From Mobula hypostoma (Eukaryota): DNA of 64,000 nucleotides. Every line of letters starts with the position of its first letter. Position 1 is the stretch's first letter. The stretch is from assembly GCF_963921235.1 (NCBI RefSeq), contig NC_086108.1, positions 53,694,001 through 53,758,000 of the forward strand, in the 5' to 3' direction. The translations under genes were made by a program, and so were the position numbers. Shown here piece by piece: positions 1-11,680 of this stretch. The notes under the pieces were generated by a model, which was given only the letters and a program-made list of their open reading frames with translations, was not told the DNA's origin and made no database searches.

Positions 1-332
1 TCCTTGCCCATCCTCTGGGCTTCCCCCCTCCCCCTTTCTTTCTCCCTAGGCCTCCTGTCCCATGATCCTCTCATATCCCTTTTGCCAATCAACTGTCCAG
101 CTCTTGGCTCCATCCCTCCTCCTCCTGTCTTCTATCATTTTAGATCTCCCCCTCCCCCTCCCCTTTTCAAATCTCTTACTAGCTCCTCTTTCAGTTAGTC
201 CTGACGAAGGGTCTCAGCCTGAAACGTCGACTGTACCTCTTCCTAGAGATGCTGCCTGGCCTGCTGCATTCACCAGCATTTTTTGTGTGTGTTGTTTGAA
301 ATTCCAGCATCTGCAGAGTTCCTCGTGTTTGC
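1..332 (+). mobile_element. 3' end / pseudo-LTR of a Penelope-like element (Neptune-type family), cut by window start
   Basis: Pyrimidine-rich tract, then agtcctgacgaagggtctcagcctgaaacgtcgactg...gatgctgcctggcctgctg...ccagcattttttgtgtgtgttg. The same tail ends the GIY-YIG-bearing copies at 56177-57239 and 60860-62075. Confidence 0.85.
197..232 (+). ncRNA. Minimal type-I hammerhead ribozyme motif in PLE pseudo-LTR
   Basis: AGUC-CUGACGA-(AGG gucucag CCU, stem II)-GAAA-C-GUC^GACU. Core boxes intact, stem I AGUC/GACU, loopless palindromic stem III (ACGU) as in PLE minimal hammerheads. Confidence 0.8.
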
Positions 333-339
333 AATATCC

Positions 340-1790
340 TTACAAGCAGGTTTGCTAGAGATGGTAGGGAGGGTTTAAACTAATTGGGCAGGGGTATTAG
401 GACAGGAGTGACAGGGCTGAGGAGGAGGCTTTTGGTATACAACTAGGTGCTGTGTGTAGTGAGACTGTGAGGAAGGACAGGCAGATGATAGGGCAATATT
501 GCAGTCAGTGGGATGAGTTAGTGTAACAGGGGACCAAAATCAGAAAGGGTGTTGAATAAAGACTGAAAGTGTTAAATTTGAAGGCATGCAGTATATGGAA
601 TAAGGTAGATGATCTGGAAGTGCACTTAGAAATTGACAAGTATGGTGTTATGGCCATCACTGAGTTGTAGCTCAAAGACCATAGTTGTGAGCTTAACTTC
701 CAAGGATACACCTTGTATTGAAAGGACAGCTGGTAGGCCGAGGAGGTGGGGTGGCCATGTTGGCAAAAAATGAAATCGAACTCTTAGAAAGAGGTGACAG
801 AGGATTGGAAGGTGTAGAATCCTTGTGAGTAATGTTATGAACCTGCAAGTTGATAAACCGTGATGAGAATTATATACAGGCCTCCGAACAGTAGCCAGGA
901 TGCGGTATATAAATCACAATGGGACATAGAAAATACATTTAAAAAGGGTAATGTTACAATAGCCATGGGGGATTTCAATATGCAGGTAGATTAGGGAAAT
1001 CATGTTAGTGCTGCATCCCTGTAGAGGGAATTTGTATAATGATACTGAAAGTTTTTTCAGATATATAAAGTGTAAAAGAGAGGCAAGAGTGTATATCAGA
1101 CTGCTAGAAAATGACACTGGAGAGGTAGTAATGAGGGACAATGAAATGGTGGGTGACCTTAATAAGTATTTTGCGTCGGTTTTCATTGTGGATGACACTA
1201 GCAGAATGCCAGAAGACCTGAGTGTTAAGGGCCAGAAGTGAGTGTAGTTGCTATTACTAAGGAAAAGGTGCTGGTGATGCCGAAAGGTCTGATGGTAGAT
1301 GTTGCCTGGACTAGATGAACTGCGCCCCAGCGTTCTGAAAGAGGTAGCTGAGAAGATTGTGGAGGCATTAGTAATCATCTTTCGAGAATCACTAGAATCA
1401 CTCCACTGTTTAAGAAGGGAGGGAGGCCAGTTAGCCTGACTTCAATGATTGAGAATGTGTCAGAGTCCACTATTAAGGATGAGGTCGGGGTACTTGGAGG
1501 CACCTGATAAAGTAGGCCAAAGTCAGCATGGTTTCTTTAAGGGGAGCTCTTGCCTGAAAAATATTAGAATTGTTTGATGAAGTAACAGGCAGGATGGACA
1601 AAGGACAGTCAGTAGATGTTGTTTGCTTGGATTTTCAGAAGGCCTTCGACAAGGTGCCACACATGAGGCTGCTTAAAAAGGTAAGAGGTTATGATATTAG
1701 AGGAAAGATACCATCACGGATAGAAGATTAGCTGATTGGCAAGCTGCAAAGAGTGGGAATAAAGGGGCCCTTTTCTGGATGGCTGCCTGA
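340..1790 (+). mobile_element. Degenerate CR1 LINE ORF2 (APE endonuclease to RT), many stops/indels
   Basis: Remnant motifs IYRPP, MGDFN, LNKYFASVF (ORF 1002-1241), QHGF, DFQKAFDKVPH. Confidence 0.85.
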
Positions 1791-1825
1791 TTTTTGAATT
1801 TTCTCTCTGTTTATAAAATAGTGAA

Positions 1826-2050
1826 TGCATAAATTCCTTCTACCAAGGTACATGGCCATACACTTCTCTACACTATATTCCAACTGTCACCTCTTTGCCG
1901 ATTCTCCCAATCTGTCGAACTCCTTCTGTAGACTCACTGCTTTCCCAAAATACCTGCACATCCACATATCTTTGTATTATTTGCAAACTTGGCCTCAAAG
2001 CCATCAATTCCATCATCCAAATTGTTGCCATATAACGTGAAAAGAAGCGG
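1826..2050 (-). mobile_element. CR1 RT-core fragment, inverted relative to 340-1790
   Basis: Minus strand reads ..NLDDGIDGFEAKFANNTK.. (FADD region) and wQLEYsveKC. Confidence 0.75.
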
Positions 2051-2054
2051 AATA

Positions 2055-2285
2055 ATTTCAAAGGAGATATGAGGGGCAAGTTTCTTTACACAGTTATGGG
2101 TGCCTGGAGTGCACCACCCGGTGTGTTGGTAGAGGCTTTTAAGAGATGTTTAGATAAATGGAAGAATATGGACATTGTTTTGGCAGAAGAGGTGAGTTTA
2201 GTTGGCCATTTGATCACTAATTTAATCAATTTGGCATAACATTGAGGATTGAAGGGCCAGTTTCTGTGCTCTGTTCAAGTTCTAT
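2055..2285 (+). mobile_element. CR1 3' end
   Basis: FKGDMRGKFFTQ-like coding remnant plus CR1 3'UTR gaagggccagtttctgtgctctgtt. Confidence 0.75.
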
Positions 2286-2468
2286 CACCTCAACTGGTTA
2301 CTTATTGAACTTTATATCAACACAGCTTACTGAAACGTTTAGATTCAACAGCCTCACAAGTTTGTAAAGGCTACATCGTGAAAGAGATGAGCATGCCTAC
2401 TTTGTAAGACAGGAATTAAAATTGTAAATTGCATTTGGAAAGAATATTTCTTAATTATGGGCATAGTA

Positions 2469-2622
2469 CAGGTCGACCTTCACTAATCCGGCACCATTGG
2501 GACCTGAGGAGTGCTGGATTAGTGAAAATGCCAAATTACAGAAGGATCACATTAAGCATAATCAGTGCCGGATTATCGAAGGAACTGGATTACAGATAGT
2601 CGGATTAGTGAAGGTTGACTTG
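2469..2622. mobile_element. 154-bp MITE, Tc1/mariner (Tigger/pogo-like)
   Basis: 22-bp TIRs CAGGTCGACCTTCACTAATCCG / CGGATTAGTGAAGGTTGACTTG (2 mismatches), TA on both sides (2467-68, 2623-24), internal repeats of the ggattag/ggattac motif. Confidence 0.9.
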
Positions 2623-3049
2623 TACTTTAATAGTGAAGAACCGAGCCATACAGATTGAGAAGTCCACATTCAGTATGGTTCTGAGTTACCTCACCTTGGC
2701 AAACTGAAGAAGAAGAACTTCAATGACTTCCAGGTCTCCAAGCCAGGGAGGGAAAAAATAAAGCTTAACTATCTTTACACTGTAAGTTGCTATGTAGCAT
2801 TCACTGCACAAGATGGATGGAAGCTCTGGGTTAGGCCTCCAAATCCAAATAGCCGATCATCTTGACTTGGGTAAAATTGGCCACTTAGCTAAGTTAATTG
2901 AGGGAAATGTACCTGCATGACCATTGGGAGTGGCCTTTGTTCCAGATAGGAGGAAGTCCAGTGTTTTGTAATGGCGGTCTGCTTTACAGTTTTAGACCTC
3001 TGGTTCGGAATGATAAGCACATAAGACAATCAGGATTAAGATGTGTTCT

Positions 3050-3372
3050 ATTTCATTTATTTATTTAGCAATACATGCAAAGTAGGCCCTTCCTGGCCCT
3101 TTGAGGCACACGTCCCAGCAACCCCCAACAAACAAGCTAAACTCTAACCTAATCACGGGATAATTTCCGATGACCAATTAACCGACCCGGTAGGTCTTTG
3201 GACTGTGGGAGGAAACTGAAGCTCATGGGGAAATCTCACACATTCCTCAGGTACAGAGACTCCTTACAGAACAGATACCTTAAAGATCAGTGCCAAAATT
3301 GAACTCTGAATTATGAGTTGTAATAGCATCCCGCTAATGACTAACCGCTGCACTATGCTACGCTAACCGCCC
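3050..3372 (-). mobile_element. tRNA-derived V-SINE (HE1-like)
   Basis: Reverse of V-domain ..tttcctcccacagtccaaagac..ggttaattggtc.. with CR1-type tail gaagggcct. Confidence 0.8.
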
Positions 3373-3477
3373 TGTGTTGTTTTGGTGGCAAGCTTATTCC
3401 CCGAAGTAACTTGAGATAGAACACTACTCAGTGGCCTAGAAACATCTTAATCCAGAGTAAGTAATTGTATTTTAGTC

Positions 3478-3684
3478 CAGCAACCCACTGATTTAACCCC
3501 TGGCCTAATCGCAATGACCAATTAACCGACTGACCAATAAGTCTTTGGACAGTGTGAAGAAACCAGATTACCTGGAGGAAACACTTTGTACAAACTTTCA
3601 TACAGAGGATGCCGGAATTGAGCTCCAACCTCTGACAGCGCAAGCTGTCGTAGCGTCACGCTAGCTGCTATACTACCATGCCAC
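3478..3684 (-). mobile_element. V-SINE (HE1-like)
   Basis: gaccaattaacc..gtctttggacagtgtgaagaaaccag..ggaattgagctc (V-domain, B-box remnant). Confidence 0.75.
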
Positions 3685-4244
3685 CGGATGATAGGGACAA
3701 CAGTTTTTAAATCCATTAAATCCTAAAAGAGATGTAAGTACTGTGGGCATCAGAATTTACATTCTATAGGGCACTTGGAGAAGATACCCCATTACCTCCG
3801 GTGGTTGACACGGGATTCCTTTAGTCTTGATACTGCAGTATACCTAGATTTTCCAATTTGTTTATCGTTGTGTAAACTGTTTTTGTTGAACCTGCAGAAA
3901 TGCTGTTTTCACAAATCATCCCTGTCTCTTGTTTTACTTGGATGTTCCTGTATTAACACCAACTGCTACTCCTGCTCCACCGCTTGTTTGGGTTTGCCTC
4001 TTTCATGACTTCCCCTGAGCCCCTGTCGGCATCTTCCCACTGTACAATCCCTGAAGTCCCAATCCAGGCACTTCTCCTGCCCATTAAGTGGTGGATTTGA
4101 CTCGAAGATTTAATGCTGCTGGACGCTGTGGTTAAATCCAGCAAATGCAGGAGGAAGGCCCATGTCAAAGTTGACTTCCCTGCCATTTTCACAATCGCAT
4201 GCAAGTACAGTTGTTATGTGCTGGGACATTAAGCAGCTAAGTCC

Positions 4245-4600
4245 CAGCACATAACATCATATAAGCAACATTCATAGGAAAAACTTAAATGTACTATGAG
4301 CTGTACACATTTCTTAAAGAAAAAACACAATTAGAACAAAAGAAATAGTCCATTTTAGAGTAAAGTGATCTAAGTAGTCACAGTGTTGTTATACTGAGGT
4401 ACTGAGGTAGTTATTAGGGTTGTGCCAGCTGGTTCAAGAACAAAATAATTGAAAGGCAGTAGTTGTTCTTGAACTTAGTGATGTTGGACCTCTAGCTTAT
4501 ATATCTCCTGCCCAGTGCTAGCTGTGAGAAGATGGCGTGGCCGAGGTAATGGGGACCTTTGATCGATGTTGCTGCTTTGAGACAGCACCTCTAGAAGCTC
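4245..4600 (-). mobile_element. Rex1/Babar-like LINE 3' end
   Basis: Minus strand PRPRHLL..STGQ resembles the HP.H.LFSLLPSGRR C-terminus of the Rex copies at 48397-48606, followed by an AT-rich 3'UTR. Confidence 0.6.
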
Positions 4601-4739
4601 CAGCTCTTTTATTGTCATCATCCCTTTCATTTCTAACTCTATGAAAGTGACCCTGATGGTATATTTGACCTTGAAGTGAGCTCCATTCCATGACTGAGGG
4701 CCATCATTTTCCAACTCTGTAGCATTGCCTGTACTTTTT

Positions 4740-4990
4740 AGATTTAGAGATACAGCACAGTAACAGGCCCTTCTGTCACAACAAGCTTGTGCTGCCCCGT
4801 TACACACTGCGCTGTGGCCAATTAACCTATTAACGTACATTTTCAGAATGTGGGAGGAAACCGGATCCCTGAGGAAACCCACACGGTCACAGGGAAACTG
4901 TACAAACTCCTTACAAGTAGTGGTGGGAAATGAACACAGCTCACTGGCACTGCAAAGCGATGCGTTAAACACTGTGCTACTGTCCTGCCC
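4740..4990 (-). mobile_element. V-SINE (HE1-like)
   Basis: aatgtgggaggaaaccggatccctgaggaaacccacacggtcacagggaaactgtacaaactcc = reverse V-domain. Confidence 0.85.
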
Positions 4991-5059
4991 TGCTCAGCTC
5001 ATCTACCCTGGACAACTTTAGCCATGCCTTTTGTCATCCTTGCACTTGACTGATTTAGC

Positions 5060-5450
5060 TTCCCAAAATCTACTCTTTATGGACTAGTGTTTATCCAGAA
5101 CTCTGCAACTTATGCTATGACCATTTCATTTGCTCATCTTCCAACAATCTACAGTATATTTCCTTCACTTAAGCATTGTGTCAATTTTTAAATTCTTTGC
5201 TTTTTTTTGAAGTTTCTTCATAGTGTGGCCTTTGCTTATTTCAGTTATCTCCAGCACTGTAAGCCTCTAAGAAATATGTGTTCCTCTAGTTCTGGGCTTC
5301 TGATTATCCATCAATTTAATTGTTCTATCTTTGTCTGTGCCATCAGCTACCAAGGTCCTAAATTCTTAAATCTCTCTGCCTCTCTGTACTTCTTTCTGAC
5401 ACTTGTTAGAGTCACCTATTCAACCAGATTTGGTTGTCTAACCTAATATC
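5060..5450 (+). mobile_element. Old L2 LINE 3' fragment
   Basis: ORF 5207-5446 YLQHCKPLRNMCSSSSGLLII...ISYQGPKFLN resembles the L2 ORF2 C-terminus. Confidence 0.55.
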
Positions 5451-6264
5451 ACCACTCTGCAGTAATTGTGAAGTATTAATGCACTAAAACTGCAATGTAA
5501 ATGGCTGACAACACACACAAAATGCTGGAGGAACTCAGCCGGTGTTGTATTTATGGCAGCAACAACAGAAAGAGTGAAGCAATTTTATAGTATTGGCAAA
5601 GAATACGTTTAATTAGGAGGTGATGGAATAATATAACCAGGAATGAAAAAGAAGAGAGAAAAGTGTTAAAGCAGGAACTTCATCTACTGTCTGTATAGAG
5701 TAAACATTCCTTTAAGTGGACAGCTTTCCCTTTCATGACCTCAAACATCTTCAGGTTCAAATTGTTCAGAAATTTATAAAATGCTGATTTCCAAAAAAAA
5801 AGTTTCCATTTGGAATCCGAACTATGTGTAGAGCACCCTGTGCTACAGGGGAATGCATTCTGAGAAAACTGTCCAGATCGCAGTTTTCCATTACATAATC
5901 CTTGGACTGAAATTGACAAAATATGTGTTTATTTAGTTTTTATTTTCCTCACACAAATTCTGCAAGAGCAAATTTTATTATATAGCACAAAGCTTTCGTT
6001 ATTGATTTGTGATTTCTGAAAGGGCAAATTTCCATTACCCAAACTGCCATAACTTGGGGAGTTTGATGTTAAAGTTGCTTTAATTATTGTTTGCCAATAT
6101 TAGTTTCATATTCTCTGATGTTGTAAATTATTTGTTTGAGGATTTGAGGCTGAATAAAACATAAAAGAGCACCTTAGCACTTTTACAAGAAGTTTGAATT
6201 CAGACCTTAATATATTAATTAGATCAAAGAACAATTGCCTGAAACTGAGATAGACATCTACGGT

Positions 6265-6545
6265 ACTTACCAGACCAAAGTCATTCACTAACTAAACATT
6301 GCTGAAAGTGAGCTTTAGGGGGCGCATTGCTGATTGTTTAGAGGTGAATAGGTGCTGTGGCGTAAGTGATGGAGAAGATGGAGACTGGAAGATCCCATTG
6401 ATCTGTACTGAGCTTGCTGACTTCGGAGAGGGCTGCAGTTAGTGCTAGCCACTGCTTCTTGCAGCTCGGGAGACGAGTAGTACAGTCGGATGTGCTCTCT
6501 TGAAGGTCCCTGATGAGTGCTGAGAGCTGGAAAGAATATGTAAGT
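6265..6545. promoter_or_regulatory. Candidate alternative promoter / first exon (unique, CpG-containing, three splice donors)
   Basis: GTAAGT at 6362-67 (+), 6540-45 (+) and 6265-70 (-). Mini-ORF MSAESWKEY at 6513-6539 ends in phase 0 at the 6540 donor. No downstream exon identified. Confidence 0.3.
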
Positions 6546-7324
6546 AGGATCAGGCACAAACACCCTGCTGTCCATAATTACCCTCCTGGTATGTTTTCTA
6601 CCCCAATGTAAATAATGGACAGTTGAATGATTCCTGCAATGGAAGGGTGGCAAAGAGAAATGCTTCCGTATTGATTCACTGTCTTGAAAAGGAGAGAAAT
6701 AAAGTTGTGTAAAATTGAGGTCCATGATAATGTATATCTTTACCAGAAAAAATAGTTGTTCTAATATTTGATGTGTGATTTTAGGTTTTAGTATATCCGA
6801 TTTCCCTGCCCCCTTTATACTTAGGCACCCTGTTTCTTCCCTGATTGTTCTGGATTATTAGAATTACTTTAAAATGTTATTTCCAACTTGACTGTACTGG
6901 TCAAATCATTTTCTTTTGTTTTGCTGATAGTTGGTGACACAGGCTTTGAATTAAACCAGTGGCAGTCGTGAAAGTGTGTTTAATCAAAAATATTAGATAT
7001 ACCATACTCATCAAATGGCTCCTGCTGAGGTGTGACCCTGTTTTCCTTCATGGCTTGTGGGCATCACTAAACCCACGAGTAAATGCTTCTGTGAAAGTGT
7101 CTCCTTAACTGCGGCAGACAGAGCAATGACCACTTCTTCAGGAGAGTTTTCCAGGACTGCGACTAAGTGCCAACATCCTTCCAAGTTGGGATGCTGTGAC
7201 TTGGAGGTACTGTAATGATATATATGTGTTCCCCATGCCCTTGTCCTTCCACGTGGCAGAAGTTGGGAAACGCTGCCAAAGAAACGTTGGTCCGTTGAAA
7301 GTCCTCGGCTGATGATGACACTAC

Positions 7325-7490
7325 AACAGGACGTCTTTGGACTGTGGAGGAAACCAGAGCACCCAGAGGAAACCCATGTGGTCATGGGGAGAATGTACAA
7401 CTCCTTGCAGACAGCGCTGGAATTGAACTCTAAACTCCGGAATGCCTTGAGCTGTAATTGTGCCACGCTAACCTCTACATTGTGGTGCAC
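7325..7490 (-). mobile_element. V-SINE (HE1-like), partial
   Basis: gtctttggactgtggaggaaaccagagcacccagaggaaacccatgtggtcatggggagaatgtacaactcc. Confidence 0.85.
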
Positions 7491-7704
7491 TATCGTTGTA
7501 GTGAAGGAAACAAACAACTAGCTTATGTTTTGCAAATGTTAACCATCTTTTGTGGCAATGATATAGCTGGGTTGCAAATGCTGGCCCTGATGCTTTTGAA
7601 GAATCCTTCTTTTTCAAGGAGAAACAGCATCTATTGCACCAAGATATCCCAAGGCACTTCTGTGAGCTTTGGGGGAGTAATGAGGACAGAAGAACAAAAT
7701 TTTA

Positions 7705-8225
7705 TTTGGGTACATTGCAGCTTGGTGTGGCAACTGCTCTGTCTATGAGCAAAAGAAACCGCACAGAGCTGTGATCAAGGCTTGGCACATCATGGAAACC
7801 GAGGCTGGTTTCCCATGGACTCTGTCTACACTTCTCACTATCGTGTTAAAGCAGCCAGCATAGTGACGGATCCCACCCACACAGACATTCTTTCTTATCT
7901 CTCATAGGGCTGAAGATAGTAAAAGTCTGAAAAGATATAACACCAGGCATAAAAACAGCTTCTACCTTACTGGTATAGGACTATAGAACAGTTCTCTAGG
8001 AAGATGAGATGGATTCTTGACCTCACAGTCTACCTCAGTATAGCCTTGTACTGTATTGTCTACCTGCAATGTAATTTAAACACTTTATTCTGCACTCTGT
8101 TATTGTTTAACCTCGTACTATCTAAATGTGCTGTTATGATAAATTGATCTGTATGAACACAATGCAAGACAATTATTTTCACTGTACCTCGGTACCTATG
8201 ACAATAATAAACCAGTTTACCAATT
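7705..8225 (+). mobile_element. Rex1/Babar-like LINE 3' end
   Basis: IAAWCGNCS..KK..RAV coding remnant, KAASIV.DP.H, RHKNSFY, then 3'UTR ending gacaataataaacc. Confidence 0.7.
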
Positions 8226-8739
8226 TTAGTGAAAGCTTTCTCACATGACCTCAAAGAGGTGGGTGGACAGAAAGATTTAGGGAACAAATCCGGAAGTATT
8301 GAGCCTTGACAGCTGAAGGTGCAGACACGCCTGGAGAATCAGTTAATTTGAGGACGATCAAGAAGAAGAGGGCAGATATCTTAAGGTTTTCCCTTGCAGA
8401 TTTTGCATCCTCTGGTATGACATAAGGAGCCCATTAATGTCTCGATGAAAAGATGTTCCGACCTATTTTGGAGACTGCAACAAATCAACTGATTCTTTAT
8501 CTCGAATCTGTTGGTTTCTGCATCACCACTTCCCACCCACTGTCAACCCTCAATGGACCCTTTTATCGGATATCTTACTGTTGAGAAGTGATTGGAAGTG
8601 GTGAGAGGAGCCTCAGGTTTGAGGCCCTTTGAGCTTAGTTCAGTTTTTGACTTAAATATTTGTCAGCCATGCTTCGCTGTCAGCAGACTTGGTCTTTTTT
8701 TTTACTTTTTTTCACAGTGATATATTAGTACAGGAGTGG

Positions 8740-9055
8740 GGGACTACTTCACTGCCAGAGGAGAGATTGAATCAAGATTCCAATTGTTCCCTTAAGTAGA
8801 GCCTCGAGCAGAGCTAAAAGATCCCACAGTGCTATTTGAAGAAAAACAGGAGTGTGCTCCCAGCATCAAAGGGAAAATCAATTCCTCCACCAACAGAGCC
8901 AAATCACTGCTGACTGTGGAGCTTAAATGGATGAAATTTGGTTGCCAGCTTCTGTACTACAGTGCGTTCATTTCAAAAATAATTATTTGGTGATTAAAGT
9001 AGTTTAGAACTGCCAGGGGACACGAGGGGCTCTGTTTAAAGTTGAGTATTTTCTT
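8740..9055 (+). mobile_element. Old Deu-domain SINE (SacSINE1/AmnSINE1-like)
   Basis: taaaagatcccacagtgctatttgaagaaaaacaggagtgtgctccc...aaatttggttgcc matches the Deu domain as I recall it. Confidence 0.65.
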
Positions 9056-10359
9056 ACTGGGTCCATTGTGCTACTGGAGAAGAGTAATAATTGCACAGAG
9101 GTTGTAATGTGTAACATATATCAGCAGCAGATCCAAAACGAAGCTGACAAGATTTCTAATCAGGTAGAACTGTCGACTAGGTTAGACCAAACCAATTACG
9201 GAGATGGATGAAGCCTAAAGAGGATCCGCTAAAAGTGAAAGCTTTTGATGATGTCACTGCAGATCCACTCTTTCATCAAGTTTTACCACTAAGCCGTTTA
9301 TGCTCCTTAAAACCTGCTGTTTTTCACCTTGCATTCCCATCTCTTATCATATTTCCCTCTGCCTATCCTCTAAACACACTGCTGTTTTTGGTTTGTCCTT
9401 GGGGACAGCAATAGACTTTGAAGTACCACATGTGAATCTCCTTCTGTTATGGGCCTCCCCTCCTTTGCTCCCTTTGGGCTGTTTATGTGTTCGCCCTTAT
9501 CATTATGGCTGTCGTTTCTAATAATCCATCGCTCATCATCACCCTTGAGGCCCGAGGGTTTGTTTGTGTTTTAATGAGTACACCAGGTCTCAGTGTGTGG
9601 GGTTAAAATGTCCTTTGTTCTTCTTCACAAGTTATGCAAATTCCATTAGCAGAAGCATTCATCTGCAAAAAAACATTCTTGTCATTTTTTTTCCAGCAAA
9701 CACTCTTACTGAAGAAAACAAAGTAAAGGTTCCTTTGTAATGCATTTGCACGGACAAATTCTTTCCAACAATGTCCTCTAGAACTAAATAGCTTGTTATC
9801 AGGCTTGATTAAGAGAATAATTCTCAATCTAGTACTTCGCTATAAAAATCTTCTATGTGCTTCATGCTCAAAAGAAAGCTAAAACACAATTTTGTATTAA
9901 AATAAATTTAAATCTCCATTTTCATTCTGATTAACTTTTTCTCATATTTCATGCTGAGCTCCCGTAACACTGTCATATGATACCTGAGACAAATAGCCAA
10001 TCTTTCTGATTTTATCCTGGGCAAAGTGAGTTGGCAAGCTTTTTTTTGTGTGTGTTCTGACACAGACACATCCATTGCCCATTCCTACCATCAGCAGATA
10101 CATTTTTGGGGTAAAGAGTTGACAGGTCGTGGTGGAGTATGAATGTCTTTTCCTTCTCTTCGTTTTAGGGACATGAAATCAACTCTAGAATCATCACAAC
10201 CACATTATCCTCACTGAGCTGGTAACTCAGCACCAAAGTTAGACATCCCGTTGCTGATTTGTTGTGCTTTTCATGAAGTATTTTTGCTTCATAATCCTCT
10301 GCTGTAGATTGTTGCATTTGCAAATATATCATTTTCAGCCGAAGGTACTGGGTACCTCA

Positions 10360-11680
10360 CATTTTGATATCTCCTTACTATATAGGACCATTTGGCCCAT
10401 CAAGTCTATACTGACTCACAAAGCAATTCCATCTCCCCATAAATCTTCTCCCTATCTTATTCCCAATCACTCCATCCAGAATTTTACCATCCAGCTGCAC
10501 TAGGGTAATTTAAAATTCAAAGTTCAAAGTAAATTTATTATTCAAGTATGTATAGATCACCATATCAGAATCAGAATCAGGTTTATTATCACCAGCATGC
10601 ATTGTGAAATTTGTTAACTTAGCAGCAGCAGCAGTTCAAGGCAAAGCATAATATAGAAAAAAAAGGTAAAAGTAAATAAATAAATATACAACTTGTACTA
10701 TATTAACTATAACCATTTATTACTCTGAGATTCATTTTCTTGTAGGCATTCATGGTAGAACAGAGAGTTACAGAAGAATCAATGAAAAACTACACAGGAG
10801 TAAACTGACAAATAGCCAATGTGCAAAAGAGGCAATCTGTGCAGATACAAAATAGCAATCATAATAATCAATAGATAAGTGAATAAGTAATACTGAGATC
10901 ATGAGTTGTAGAGTCTTTGAAAGTGAATCCGTAGGTTGTGGAATCAGTTCAGTGTAGAGGTGAGTGAAGTTATCCATGCTGGTTCAGGAGCCTGATGGTT
11001 ATTCCTGAACGTAGTCCTGTGGGATCTAAGGTCCTGTACCACCTTCCTGTTGGTAGCAGTGAGAAGAGAGCGTGGCCTGGATGGCGGGGGTCTGGGATGA
11101 TTGATGCTGCTTTTGTGTTGCAGTGCTTCTGGTAGATATATCAATGGTAGGGAGGGCTTCTCCTGTGATGGACTGGCTGTATCCACCACTTTGTGTAGGC
11201 TTTTCTATTCTTTGGTTCTTGTGTTTCAATACCTGGCCGTGATGCAATCAGTCACGAGACTCTCCACTGTGCATCTCTGGAAGTGTGTCAAAGTTTTAGA
11301 TAATGTGCAGAATCTGTGCAAACTTTTAAGAGATTAGAGGTGCTGTTATGCCTTCTTTGTAATTGCACCTACATGGTGATACCATGGCAGATCCTCTGAA
11401 ATGATAACACCAAATAATTTCAAGTTGCTAACCCTCTCCACCTCTGATACCCTAATGAGGACAGGCTCATGAATCTCTGCTTTCTTTCCCCTGTGGTCAA
11501 TAATTAGCTCTTTGGTTTGGCTGGCACTGAGTTACATTGATCAGTTCACCTCCCAACATCTTTGAATTTGGAAGGAAACTGGAGCACCTGAAGAAATCCT
11601 ATGTAGTCAAAGAGAGAATGTGAAAACTCCACGCAAAAAGCACAGGGGTCGGGATAGAACCAGGGTCATGGGAACATTGA
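10360..11680 (-). mobile_element. V-SINE (10360-10511 and 11533-11680) split by a Rex1/Babar LINE 3' part (10513-11530)
   Basis: Rex: (tcaaagt) tail, MVDTA.SITG..LP.I (ORFs 10944-11247). The SINE halves are colinear across the insertion. A second short LINE tail atcagaatcagaatcagg lies at 10565-10640. Confidence 0.8.

Noticed and set aside
340..2285. Single CR1 with twin-priming inversion
   Set aside because: The pieces are too decayed and the 3' part seems to be a different subfamily, so one event cannot be supported.
6315..6725. 136-aa and 73-aa minus-strand ORFs as a host gene
   Set aside because: No recognisable domain; kept only as part of the candidate exon/promoter finding.
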